A stretch of DNA of 64,000 bases from Octopus bimaculoides. Lineage: Eukaryota. The stretch lies in NCBI RefSeq assembly GCF_001194135.2, contig NC_068989.1:88366555-88430554 (forward strand). Reading direction: 5' to 3'. The position numbers and the translations under genes were made by a program. The notes under the pieces were generated by a model that ran no database searches, had not been told where the DNA came from, and saw only the letters and a list, made by a program, of their open reading frames with translations. Positions 23,816-37,252 of this stretch are shown here, in pieces (position 1 is the first letter of the stretch; the number at the start of each line of letters is the position of its first letter).

Positions 23816-26800
23816 NNNNNNNNNNNNNNNNNNNNNNNNNNNNNNNNNNNNNNNNNNNNNNNNNNNNNNNNNNNNNNNNNNNNNNNNNNNNNNNNNNNNN
23901 NNNNNNNNNNNNNNNACATGTACTTTTAAAGAAATCATTTAAAAACGCGTCGATCTTGGAGTCTTTAATTAATTTCTTCTGTCTATCTCCAACAGAAACG
24001 TTTGTTATTGTCTTCCCCCAACCCACAGCCAATTCTAATTTAGAAAAAACCGTAATGGTAATAATAATAATAATAAAGGAAATATTAACCGGAAAATCAA
24101 ATCCGGACATAGACGAAACTAAGTGATTAGAAAATGGGTGTAAAGATGTGTTTTGTTTGTTGTAGAGATAAACCGAGGTAGAGGGTGAGAGAAGATCTAG
24201 TTTCAACATGAGACAGCTGATTTCGAGTGGAAATACGCATTTCTTGCTGAGAATACGATGTTAGGTTTACTTGTCAGAATTTCATTCTTATTTAATTAAC
24301 ACAACCGAGACTTAGAAGCAGACAAGCACAGGCTGTCGGCAGAGTAACATACATACATACATATTCTTTGTATTATATACATATATAAAATTTGGGATGT
24401 GTACTTGCCTTGCAAGTGATCTGATCTGAGACCTTGTGCTGAAACTAAAACAATATGTGCGCATGGGTGTGTTTCTACACACGCACCTACTCATAAATAC
24501 ATGTATATATATACACACGTATATCATACATACATACATAAATTTACACACACACACATACATACACAATGGTGTTTCTTCTTTATTTTATAAACGAATA
24601 GGGAAAGTTTTCACGGCTGCTTATTTGTTAAACAAACGAAGACAGGAAATACTGCGATGTTTTATATTTCCAGGATCACATATATATATATATATATATA
24701 TAAAATCAAATATAAATGTATGATAATGTTTAATACTTCCAGGAAGAATAGAAGTTGAAATAATACTACCAGAGGTGGTAAACTTCAGCCTGTTATTAAG
24801 CACTGCTTGATTACACTAACTTACACATCCCTTTCAAAATTTGCTACTGTCACTGTCATAAGCCAGTCCCACGTTCTTGGTTTAACGAGCAACCTTTTCC
24901 GTAATCATCAGGCCGACCGCACTGCTAAAAAAAAATTCAAGGTACTATTCGGTCGGTGTGCCGCAGTTTGTCCATGACTGGTTTATACCCCATTGTGCAT
25001 TGTGCCATTCATTCTCGGGAGTTAAGTGGGCGATTAATTAAATTGATTAAACAACTCTCTTACATATCTGTGCTAAACGAAGGTGCTTCTCCGTGGTCAT
25101 TCGATCTATAAGAAATCGAGGCACTAAAAGCACACTTCAACCGTCAAAGACGTATTGGACCATGTAGTCTTAAATGCACAGCATAAAGAATAAAAATAAA
25201 ATATAAACAAGGGTTTGTCACGACTGAAACGACATTTATCTTATTTTTGTTGATCAAAGCCAACCTGGGCTAAACGACGCTTTGTACCCATAAAAAAAAA
25301 AATCATTTTGAAGGTGACAGTGGAGTGGTAGAAAGGGAAGTGCCGGACCAATTATCTAGCGGTATTTAGTTTTATCCCTCGACGACTGAGATTTATTTCG
25401 CTTTTCATCTTCCCATGGATGCAAACAATAGATATACGTCGATTCAGTTGGGATGTTGGGGCGGTCAGACTCTCATCGAAAGTGTCAGGGAATCGAAATC
25501 GGACCGCTGACACTGACACGTGGTACGCCGGGATATATAAAGTTACTACTACGCTAGTAATTTGTGTGTAAAGATAGAAATCTTTTTTACGTGCATAATA
25601 TCTGTGTTTATGAGTCAATATTTGTGCATGAGGGAGGGAGAGAGTTCACAAAACTATGTAATATTGAAAGAGTAGTGTTAAGTTGAATTTGTGAGAAAGA
25701 GAGAATGTGTAACGTAAAATCTGTTAAACACAAATGAAAATATGATAGTAGGTGCGCATAAGAGGTATATTATGTGTATATATATATGCGTATGTTACAC
25801 GTATTGTGTTTGGAAAGTGTGTATACGTATGTAAATGGGTTAGAAAATAGTATATGAATGGAGAGAGAAAGAGAGTAAATGTATGAACATACTCATGCTT
25901 CATATAGTGTGTTCGAAGAGTACATATATATGTGTGCGGGTACGCACGCACTCTGCAAACAGTATACAATGACACAAACAAATTGAAAAGGTGTGTGGGA
26001 GGGAGGCATTGCTTATCTGTGAACTGGTAACAGCTAAAATTAATCCTACTACCTCTACGAATCTAAACACACAGACACACACATCACAAACGGAGTGTTG
26101 TTGAAAGGCGATGGGGCGGAGATCGTCGTCATCGGCGAAATGAAGATATTTCACATCTCTTGCCATGATCACAAGAAACAAATTAAATCAGTGAACTTGA
26201 CACACTATATTTTCTCTCTTTCCACACTACCAAAACCTGACTGGAATTTATTACACAAACATGTGTATGTGTGTGTGTTCGCCATTCATTTATGGAAACA
26301 TCTGATCAAAAGAAATCAAGATATTTGTTTATGGCAGACATGCAAGGGGTAACATATAAAATACGAAAGATGACTCTGCTAGTATTTTCAAAGCGAGATA
26401 GGATATGTATGTGTGTGTGTGTGTGTCCACCACCACTGCTTGACAACCGGTGCTGGTCTGTTTACATCCCCGTAACTTAGCGGTTCAGCAAAATTGACCG
26501 ACAATAAGTATCACGCTTAAGGAATAAACAAGTACTGGTGTTAATTCGTTCGTTGTGGTGCCCCCAGCATCGCCGCAGTCCCGTGACTGAGACAAATAAA
26601 AGATAAGGCATAATCATACATGGAGAGAGACAGACAGGCAGACGGGCAGACAGAGGTGGGTACATAAGGGCAGATTCCGAAACAAGCAGTACAACCTGGT
26701 AAACAATCCATGTCATACATTATTACTCTATGGATTAAGGATTTGAAATGAATCGTGACTGGCAGAGACAACAGGAGAGGGAAGGAAGAGGCAGTTAGAC

Positions 26801-26955
26801 CGAGACAAAAGCAGACAGACAGACAGAAACAAATCAGCGAATTTCTAGGATCGACATCCATAGTATTTTTGTTTCTAAGAAAGTTCAAGAGGTGCTTATA
26901 ATGAGAGAGAAAGAGGGAGAGAGAGAGAGAGAGAAAGAGTGTGTGTATGTGTGTA

Positions 26956-27353
26956 GGCACAGGAGTAGCTGTGTGGTAAGTAGCTTGTTTTCCAACCACA
27001 TGGTTCCGGGTTCAATCCCACTGCGTGGCACTTTGAGCAAGTGTCGTCTACTATATCCATGGGTCAATCCTTGTGAGTGGATTTGGTTGATGGAAACTGA
27101 AAGGCGGCGAGCTGGCAGAAACGTTAGCACGCCGGGTGAAATGCTTAGCGGTATTTCGTCTGCTGCTACGTTCTGAGTTCAAAGTCTGCCAAGGTCGACT
27201 TTGCCTTTCATCCTTTCGGGGTCGATAAATTAAGTACCAGTTACACACTGGGGTCGATCCGTTTGTCTGTCCTTGTTTGTCCCCTCTGTGTGTAGCCCCT
27301 TGTGGGCAGTAAAGAAATAGGAAACTGAAAGATGCCTGTCGTATATATTATAT

Positions 27354-27390
<37 letters not shown>

Positions 27391-27590
27391 TGTGTGTCTG
27401 TGTTTGTCCCTCCCCAACCATCACTTGACAACCAATGCTGGTGTGTTTACGTCCCCATGATTTAGTGGTTCAGCAAAAGACACCGATAAATACTAGGCTT
27501 ACAAGGAATAAGTCCTGGGATCGATTTGCTCGACAAAAAATGGTGCTCCAGCATGGCTACAGTCAAATGACTGAAACAGACAAATAAATA
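26956..27590 (+). mobile_element. family-B SINE interrupted by a family-A SINE (27104-27319)
   Basis: 12-bp TSD GGAAACTGAAAG at 27092-27103 and 27320-27331. Confidence 0.9.
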
Positions 27591-27903
27591 TAATCTTAAA
27601 CAGTTTGATTCAGTTCCACATCACTTAAAAGTTTCGTGGGCACAGAATGCACCAACATCATCAGATATCTCTGAACACCTGTAATGTGGAGCTGAGTCAA
27701 ACTGCTACTAAATGCATGCAACTCCAACTGAATAATGTGCTGAGTGCTACTTTCTGTTCTGTGTTCACTCCCTTTGTGTGTAAGTGTGTGTGTGCATGCA
27801 TACACATACACACATATATGCATACATATACACATAAGAATATGTCCTTGGGCTGACCAAAGCTTTGCGAATGAATTTGGTAGACGTAAACTGAAAGAAG
27901 CTC

Positions 27904-27947
<44 letters not shown>

Positions 27948-28513
27948 CATCATCNNNNNNNNNNNNNNNNNNNNNNNNNNNNNNNNNNNNNNNNNNNNNN
28001 NNNNNNNNNNNNNNNNNNNNNNNNNNNNNNNNNNNNNNNNNNNNNNNNNNNNNNNNNNNNNNNNNNNNNNNNNNNNNNNNNNNNNNNNNNNNNNNNNNNN
28101 NNNNNNNNNNNNNNNNNNNNNNNNNNNNNNATATATATGTATGTATGTATGTATTTGTAAGTCTGTGTTTGTCCCCACCACCGATGTTAGTGTGTTTACA
28201 CCCCCCGTAACTTAGCAGTTCAGCAAAAGAAACCGACAGAATAAGTACTAGGCTTACAAAGAATAAATCCTAGGGTTGATTTGTTCGACTTTTAAAGGTA
28301 GTGCTCCAGCATGGCCACAGTCAAATGACTGAAACAAGTAGAAGAATAAAGAATATATACACATGAATGAGTTATAAGGATTCCTTAAGAACCAAAGTAC
28401 ATCAACATGTAAGGTATCAGAAAACGGTTGGCTCCAAACACCATTTGTGATGGCTATTTTATACACACGTATGTGTGTATGTATAATATATGTCTATATA
28501 TATGTATGTGTAA

Positions 28514-28561
<48 letters not shown>

Positions 28562-28987
28562 GTGTGTGTGTATTCTGTGCATACATACACTACCTGTGCA
28601 AACAATGATATCATTCCACTAGAATGGTGTCAGTGACCAGGTTGCAGATGTGCAACAAAACTTTTACACGCTTCATAACAGAGTGTGCGACTAGAAAATA
28701 GAGTGGGCAAGTTTTCTTTGTTGCCAAATGCCAAAAATGACTCACTCAATGTATGTGTGTGGGTGGGGATTATGTGACTAATTGGAAAACCTGAAATTAA
28801 AAATCAAAAGGAAATATTCTGATGGACTAAAAAAGTTCACACTAGATATTGGGAAACCCGAAGATTCCCTAAGGGTTTTCTCTTGGTATAGCCATATAAC
28901 ATACATGCATACAAACTATCTAAAGAGCCAAAGAGGAGATCTTGGCATAGTTTTTCAACCTGATAGAAAAATTTCAGTGAAACTTAC

Positions 28988-29090
28988 TCTTTTTAAAAAA
29001 TTAAAATAAACAGGACATGTTGAATAGTTTAGTGAAGAAAACATTGACTGATCAAAACAAACAATGGTGGAATGGTCATAGATGTTGTAA
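28988..29090 (-). CDS. candidate second coding exon YNIYDHSTIVCFDQSMFSSLNYSTCPVYFNFLKR
   Basis: 103 nt (1 + 34 codons), open in the phase required by the 30777 donor; donor AGA|GTAAGT. The acceptor (GGTGTTTCAG) is weak and lies next to a repeat remnant. Confidence 0.25.
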
Positions 29091-29319
29091 CTGAAACACC
29101 TTTGGTTATACACCTGTTTGATCAGGACTGAGGGGGCTAAACAACACAGCACATGGAACAGAAGAATCTAAGGAAACTAGTGATGACCCTGTCAACAAAA
29201 TATAATACCAACAGTGATGAGACCCTTCTTTTCTCTCTCTCTCTCACTGAAAAAGGACAACTGTCCGAAATGTAAGGGATTTTTCTGCTTCACAGCACAA
29301 AACACTTTTGGAACTATTT

Positions 29320-29715
29320 ATATTTTTGTGTGGTTCAGAAGTTTGATTCCCAACTATATGGTCTTGGTTTCAATCCTGCTACATGGCACCTGGACAAGTA
29401 TTTTCTCCTCTTGCTGCAGGTCAACTAAAAGCATTGAGTGGATTCAGTAGATGGAAACTAAAAGAAGCCCATTGCATGCATGTGTATGTGTGTGAGAGTG
29501 TGTATGTTTGTCTCTTTGCCTTGACATCATGTGACTGTTGTAAATGAATGTCATTCATATTCAATAAAGACATATCTGGCTGTGGGGAAAATACTGCCTA
29601 GCTTGGAAATAGGTGGGGGTTGGTGATAGGAAGGGCATCAAGTTGTAGAAAACGCGCCACCAATGAATTCCATCTGACCCATGCAAGCATTGAAAAGTGA
29701 ACATTAAAGCAATGA
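29320..29715 (+). mobile_element. family E (B-like head plus RTE-type tail)
   Basis: B head followed by GGAAGGGCATC...CCCATGCAAGCATTGAAAAGTGAACATTAAAGCAATGATG; related to 2540-2810 and 13855-13965. Confidence 0.7.
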
Positions 29716-29819
29716 TGGGGATGATAGGTGAGAGATAACTGATGTGATCTTGCCAACGACCTATGCATAACCTAAGCTACTTATCGCGCCTATTCTGATG
29801 GTGAGTACTGTTCAGCGCG

Positions 29820-30168
29820 GAGGTGCACTGGCCCAGTGGTTAGGGCAGCAGACTCGCGGTTTCGCTACCCAGACCGGGCGCTGTGAGTGTTTATTGAGTG
29901 AAAACACCTGAAGGTCCCTCTGGCAGGGGGTGGTGACGGGCCCTGCTGTATTCTTCCACCACAACTTTCTCTCAGTCTCTCTTCCTGTTTCTGTTGTACC
30001 TGTATCTCAAAGGGCCAGCCTTGTAGCACATTGTATCTCCCCCGAGAACTACGTTAAGGGTACACGTGTCTGTGGAGTGCTCAAACGCTTGCACGTTAAT
30101 TTCACGAGTCGGCTGTTCTGTTGATAGGATCAACTTGGAACCTTCGACGTTGTAACCGACGGAGTGCC
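29820..30168 (+). mobile_element. SINE family C, moderately decayed
   Basis: Aligns to 3082-3477. Confidence 0.85.
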
Positions 30169-30602
30169 ATTACTATTGTCCAGCAAAATACCAACAAATC
30201 ACTTGATTGATTGACTGATTGATCGTTTGATTAATTGTATAATTGATATAGTGAATGGCCAGAAGAGGGAATGAGTGACGGGTGTGTGGCTAGTATTTTC
30301 ATATAAGAACCTATTTATGCCCCATTAGAAACATTTGAAGGTAACTGTACCGTGTATGTGTGTAAACACACGAGGTATGTTGAGTGTCGGCTTGACAATG
30401 AGTCACTAACAACGCGTGCAATAGATAAAAGGGTACGTTTATAGGCATAGATAGGTAGAGGAACATGTTAATGGATAGATAAATAGATTAATAGATAAGC
30501 ATACAGATTTTTAATATATAGACAGGTAGAAGCAGTTAGATTAATTCATAGACAGGTAAGAGGAAGGATGGCTGATTGAGTACATGACAAAGAGGTAAAC
30601 GA

Positions 30603-30634
<32 letters not shown>

Positions 30635-30776
30635 GAAGTGGGTGAGATAGTGAGATAAAGAAATATATGATTAGTGAAAATGTGTAAGTAAAATAGTGAA
30701 ATGATAATTGGTGGGCGATGAATTAGTGAGTGATGACTGTCGGCTGTAAAATGGTTACACCATGTCAACGACGTAC

Positions 30777-30922
30777 CCAGGGGAAAAGAGAAGAAAAAGA
30801 GAGACACAGAAAACGAAAAAGCATCCGGTAAGAGCAAAGAGGTGCAGTTGTGTCTTGTGTTTTGGACTATTACTGACTGGTGTAAAGCTGGCTGGCCGGT
30901 AAAGACGAAGCAGGGCAAGCAT
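30777..30922 (-). CDS. candidate first coding segment of a type-II-membrane or signal-anchor protein: MLALLRLYRPASFTPVSNSPKHKTQLHLFALTGCFFVFCVSLFLLFSPG|
   Basis: GCCATG start at 30922 (in-frame ATG also at 30949). Basic tail plus a roughly 20-aa hydrophobic helix that ends at the donor GG|GTACGT. Upstream acceptor CCCAACAG at 31180-31181 follows a long pyrimidine tract. Lies at the CpG boundary. Confidence 0.4.
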
Positions 30923-33900
30923 GGCTCTTCTCGCTTCTCTCTCTCTCATTCACTCGTTCTAGCTAGATTCCCAACTATCCATCCACCCATCAGCCACTAC
31001 CCAACTCCTTGCTTGCTTCCTCCGTCAAAGATGTCAGGCAATATTGTTGCAGTTGTCGTCGTTGTTGTTGAACGGCTGAGAATGATTGCGGTGATAGTGG
31101 TGGTGGTGGTGGCGGCAGCGGAACGGAAGCGGGGGGAGAAATAAAAGATGAAGAAGGTGGCGGAGACGGCGACGTGATTCTGTTGGGGGGGAGACGGTGA
31201 AGGAGTGAAGAAAGGTAAAGAAGGAAGAGAAGAAAGTATGGAAGACGACGAAAGTATGAGATAAAGAACAGAACAGAGAGAAGAGAGAGATATAGGAACA
31301 GAATAATAGAAATCCAAAGAGAGAGAGAGAGAGAAACTGATTCGTCGTAAAAAATGTGGAGATGATTTTTTTTTAATCTCAACATTATTATTATTGTGCT
31401 TTCATACATATAATATCCCCTTGGAGATCAAATGACGAAGATAAAGAATTAAGTAATAAATGAAAGTAATAATATTTTCTTTACAATAAACACACAGTTG
31501 TTACAGTTGCTGATTTGGTTGGGTATTTTTTTGTTTTTTGTTTATCAAATTTTTTTTTCCGTCGCAGCTACCACATAAACACACCTACCTTCTTGGGATG
31601 CAATAATTCCACCCGAACTGGACCAACATGGCGCTCCCCACCAACACCACCGCGACTCTTGTACATTCTATATAAGTGTGTGTATATAAAGCGATTGTGT
31701 CTATGTAGGAACTGCTGTGTAAATATGCCTTTGGGTGTACGTGTTTGTGTGTGCGCGCGTGCGTGAGTGCGCGCGTGTGTGCAAAAGCCGTTGTATGTCT
31801 CAACAGCATATGTATATGTGTGACTGTGTATATGTGTCTATATGCGTTGGAGCTACTGTGTGAATATGCCTGTGGATGTAGGTGTGTATATGTATATAAG
31901 TGTGCGTGCGCGGGCGCGTAAGAATCGTCTATGCGTGTGCGTCGTGTGTCTGTGTATGTGTGTGCGTCTGTGTGTATGTATGCAGGGGTGCTGTAATGTA
32001 TGTGTTTGTATGTGTATGTGTGCATGAGTCTAAACTAATTGTGTGTCACCGTTACTTTCTGTCAGCCTGCTTCCTCCTCTCTCTACATTTCTTACCTGCC
32101 ACTTTTTCTTTTTTCTCTTTCCATAAGCTTACACACACAAACACACGCTCATTGCCTTTCTATTTATTGTTATGATTATTATTATTATTGTTATTATTAT
32201 TCCCGACTTCTTCACTGTTTTTGCTTCACTTTATTCTCTCTCTCATTCACACACCACACCGCCTTCCTATTACTATCCCGTTATCCATGACTACTTCTTT
32301 ACTCCGTCTCTCACTCAATGAACAACAGAAAAATAACAAGAAAAAAGACAAAGTAAAACTGAAACAAAATTCACGAAATATATTTGGGGGTTTTATCTTC
32401 TTGTTCAGAAGCAATGGGTAGGATACATACAACGAATTTGAATCTCCATGATAATAAATGATTATTTTATTAGTTTAATTATTTTCTTTCTTTAATAACG
32501 GTTTCTATTATTGCCACAGGGCGACAAATGAGTGAATATACAGAACACCACTATGAGTTGTTTACTATTCCCCAACGGAATGTTTTTACGAAATGTGTGG
32601 CTACGCATATACACACACACATATATATATATACATACATATGTACATACATACACACGTTACTACATGTACACTTACACGCATATTATATACACAGATA
32701 CACATTTGTACACATATACTTACACGCAAATTATGCGCGCGCACACAGACATAAATATATACATATAAACACTGACATTATATACACACACAAATACATA
32801 AATATAAGCGCCTATATCAATATAATACACACATTCACATACGTACATCCTGCAATCAGCAGAACTGTCTAATAATAATCAGACTCCCTCCCTAACCATC
32901 AGAATTACAATTACCAGCAAAATGCAGAACGGCGAGAAAAGAAAAGGCCAACAATAAATGAAAAAGATCAATTCGAGTTGTTCGTTGGCCGACCACTGAA
33001 GAAAGAAAGCAGTAAAAGTAGGGGAGACCCTCTTCACTAAAACAGGAAACTTTCTTTTACTTCCATGCTCTCCTCTGACGTCACAATCTCCATTCACTGT
33101 TTCAACTGACGAGATTTTTTCACGCAAGCGTCGTTCGATACAGGAATTTTTCAGTCAGCTCCCTACTTTGACGGCCGACCACGGCCTAACGGTGGCAAAT
33201 GTTTTGTGTCTAAGCTCTCATTCTGTCTTTTTTGTGTATCATTTTTTTTTACTTTTAGTTCCCCACTCTCTGTCTTTTTCTCTTTATCATACATTTTTGC
33301 CTCTCATTCATTCTGTCTATCTTCTCTTCGCTCTAATTCTTTGTATTCCCCTCTTTCATTCTTTCTGTCCCTTCTTTCTTTCTTTCTATCTATCATTTCC
33401 TTATTCTTTCTGCATTTCATTTTTACTCTCGTTTTTCAGATATTTTCTTAACTAAAATAAAGTGCAAGTTAATTAACGAAACCATTGTTTATTTATTACA
33501 TTCACTACTCTATTTTTCTTTAATTCTAATCTTTTAACTTGATGCAAATGATGTGTACAAGTATGTGCGTACATAAACTTTTAGTTAACACGATCGTATA
33601 TTATTATGCGTGTAACTAAACATTTGTATCTATCGAGTGAATACAACGATTGAAGTTAGGAAGGTAAGTTGTTTTCGTTGCAACGAATCTGTAGAATTTG
33701 TTGTAAGAGGACATAGCAAGGGGAAATCCCTGTTTCACTGGTGAGGGAAAAGATGCTGTGATTTAGAGAGGAGTGGTATCAGAATATGTCGACAGAGGTG
33801 GTCGCAAACGGAAGTACGGGAGCTGTTGTTTCCCCGCTATTCCCAATAGTCTCGGGATGTCACGAGAGACAAAACGCTCAACAACCGGTGATTGACTAAA

Positions 33901-34499
33901 CAGAGATAACAGTAATATGTATATATATATATATATATATTTGCATATACACGTTTAGTGTTAACTGTCGTGGGGGGGGGGNNNNNNNNNNNNNNNNNNN
34001 NNNNNNNNNNNNNNNNNNNNNNNNNNNNNNNNNNNNNNNNAATAATAATAATAATAATAATATATAGCCTTACAGTTGTATAACTATGTCTAACATCAAA
34101 GCACTTGAACCGCCTTAATTTCCCCATCCAAAACACATTTTAGCTTCACGTGCACTGATTAAGTTTAATTAAATAATTTCTGTTAAGCATTTTTTTTTTT
34201 TTTTGTAAAGAAATTAAAGTAAAAGTGATGTTCAACCCCGTTTCCCTACCCCAGTTACCGGAACACAATTCGTCGAAACTTACTTTGCATTAAAGTTAAT
34301 TGCAAAAAAAAAGTAAAAACAGTAGCTGATAAGATAAGACTGGTTACTTTTTGTTTTTTTTGTTTTCTTAAGCAGCACATTTAATAAATTATGTATATGC
34401 GGTTAATTAAAAAATATTAATAACAACAGCGTGAAACATTGAAGTACGCGAAAGTTGTAAACAAGAAAGAGAAAGAAAGAATACAAAAGAATCGTTTCT

Positions 34500-34730
34500 A
34501 CATTTGGCACAAGGCCAGTAGTTTTGAGGGGAGGGGGAGTCGATTACATCGCACCCCACTCCCCAATTCAACTGGTATTTTATTTTATCCATCCCCGAGA
34601 GGGTGAAAGGTGAGGTCGATCTACGCAGAATTTGAATTTGGAACGTGAAGAGCCGAAAGAAATAGCGATCTACATTTCGTCCGACGTTCTTGACGATTGT
34701 GCCAGTTTTCGCGTCCTTAATAAGGCGGAA
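34500..34730 (-). mobile_element. SINE family A, diverged
   Basis: Family-A motifs on the minus strand. Confidence 0.75.
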
Positions 34731-37197
34731 ATTTACAGGGGAAACACCGGAGCTAGACATGAGATATCAATAGATCGAGGGAGGCTTCCGTGAGAGACAG
34801 AGAGATAGAGAGAGAGAGAGCGAATAGAGGGAGGCTTTAGTATTGTGTTTTGATTCGCTCGAACGAGAAACACCGGTGTCGAGGAAATGACGAACTCCTT
34901 GACATTATTTCCGCATCAGAGATTTTTACGGAGGCCAATAAACAAATAAATAAATAAAAAGACAGTTTTAATCTTTGAATAAGGGGAGAATATCCATAAA
35001 AATAAAATGCAATAATAATAATAATAATAATTAATGAATGATATATAGATAATAAATAAGCATATCGTGTGACTACAGGATATACAACAGAACGTTTTTG
35101 TTTGTTTTTTTCCTTTTCCACCTTCTTTATACAAGTAAATGTTTACGAACTAACAGTTGTTTTATAAGCTAGACTAAACCAGAGTAGGTAACATATACGA
35201 GGGAGTAAGAGACACTTGGACAGTATACAAGTGGTTGTTTACTTACCTCCTTTTCAATGATAGATAAACAGCAAGATACGAAGTACTAATCGGCACTTAC
35301 ACACACATACACACATATGTATATACATACAGACGAACATGCATACGTACATATACACACACAATATGGCTTAATTTTTTTTTTTAAGTCAAAATATTTA
35401 AGCTTCTGGAATTTCGGAACTAAAATGTGAATTTCTTATTATGAAAAAAAAAGGAAATTAAAAAAATTGATCATAATATTATAAGTGATGTTTGTGTATG
35501 TGTACGTATATATATATATATGTGTGTGTATGTACGTATGTGTATATGTGTGTGTGAATACATATGTATATAAACACATTCGCATATGCATACGCAACAC
35601 CCACACACACAAACACACGTAATTCGATAGCAGTAAATTAAACTAAACCAAATTTCGAGAAAATTAAAATCTATATTACTTAAAAGTTGTTTATTTTTTT
35701 TTAAACGATATCATCAAACTATAAATTTTATGAATACTTGAAAATGCGTTAATTTTTTTTCTTTTTTTAGGTGGTATAGCACCATCATCATCATCATCAT
35801 CAATTTCTTTCTTTGATGTGTGGCGGCAGAAACTGGTATCTCGTCTTCGTTTGTTTTTTCTTTTTTTCTTTTTCATTCCAACCGCATCGTGGGACACCAG
35901 TTTATTACTGGTACTTGTAATAAAACAAGTACCAGTAATAAACTGGTTCTTGCATAATTACACAAATACAAAAAATAACGAATCAACGAGGAATTACTTC
36001 TCGTGGTCGCATGACCCGCTAGAAATGGCAGCTGACTTTCCATCGAATACACTTCCATCTTAAAATAAGACATTGCATAATGTAGATCATGCTTGGCGAC
36101 CGGGAGGGGGGGTGACGAGATTGTCATGACTGAAACTCCTTTGAACATGGGTCTGTTCGAGCAGAGCAGATCTGGAGTTAACCGACGAGCAATCTCAATG
36201 AAGAGGGTTCGAATCTCAATCACCTTTTTTTACTTATTTCAGTTATTCGACTGAAGATATGTTGGGCCACCGCCTATTTTAACATGATTGATCACATCGA
36301 CCTCAGTATTTCTTTTATTGACTTCGGAAGGGAGAAAAAAACAAAGTAGACCTGCGCGGGATTTGAACTCAGAACGTAAAGGGAAATAACCAAACACCAG
36401 AACTATTTTGTCCGATGTTCTTCCGATTCTACCATCAACCTGCAATTATACCGACTGAACACCACTTGCGTCACCAGTGACTACGAGAGAATTAATGAAC
36501 GCCATGCAATCACATTAAAAGTCGGGTTTCCTTGTATCAGAGACAAGCTCATAGTGTACCGTGTTGATTTCCAACTGGAATCATTTCTTAGTCACTTTTC
36601 TTGTTTCCTTGACGGGAGACAGGCATAAAAGTCACACAATCTCAACCATCCATCGTAAACCTTTGGTTGAGATTTCCACACAATTAGAACCATCAATTAA
36701 CAAGCGCTGTAGAAAAACAAAGAAAGCAGCACAAAGTTATGACAATCAAAGTTTCCAACAGGAAGCAATTTCATCTGTTTATGTGACAGATCACAACCTC
36801 GTTTCAGCTTCACCTTCGCTAATAATTAAATTACTAAATGAATAAATAGATAACTGTATTCCGTTTATTGGCGAGCTCAGTTCGTTAATTCTTCCATTAT
36901 GTTGTTATCACCACTGGGAAAAGCTTGAATGTCACAGCGACATTTTCTAAGAATTCCTTTAGTCGAGAAACCAATGCTGAATGTTCAAGTAGAGAATTAC
37001 TTTATAATCCTTCCCAAATCAATAGAATTAGTCAAATAATAATTTTAAAAAAGCAGAAGAATAAGAATGCATTCACTCTTCCCTTTAAATCCAATAAAGA
37101 AACAATTTATTTAATGAACGAAAAGATTTGCTAAAAGAATCGTAAAAATATATATTATATATATATACATGTATACACGTGTGTGTATGTGTACATA

Positions 37198-37252
<55 letters not shown>

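Noticed and set aside
23706-24209. ATG-initiated minus ORF of about 97 codons before the gap
   Set aside because: Includes (ATT)n, has a weak donor and no homology; a few ORFs of this length are expected by chance.
24880-24915. CTGATGA motifs at about 24905 (minus) and 50789 (plus) as hammerheads
   Set aside because: No valid stem II/GAAA/stem III geometry.
25470-25520. Hairpins here and at 24911-24955 as pre-miRNAs; scan for conserved miRNAs (let-7, miR-100, miR-10, miR-8, bantam)
   Set aside because: Stems are only 7-8 bp and no mature-miRNA match was seen by eye.
30990-31409. Pro/Ser/Gln-rich minus ORF and its Gly-rich antisense as coding
   Set aside because: Built from trinucleotide and TC repeats with no ATG in context; better explained as 5' UTR of the 30922 start, though not excluded.
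36089-36253. 54-aa ATG ORF (MLGDREGGDEIVMTETPLNM...)
   Set aside because: No homology or splice support.
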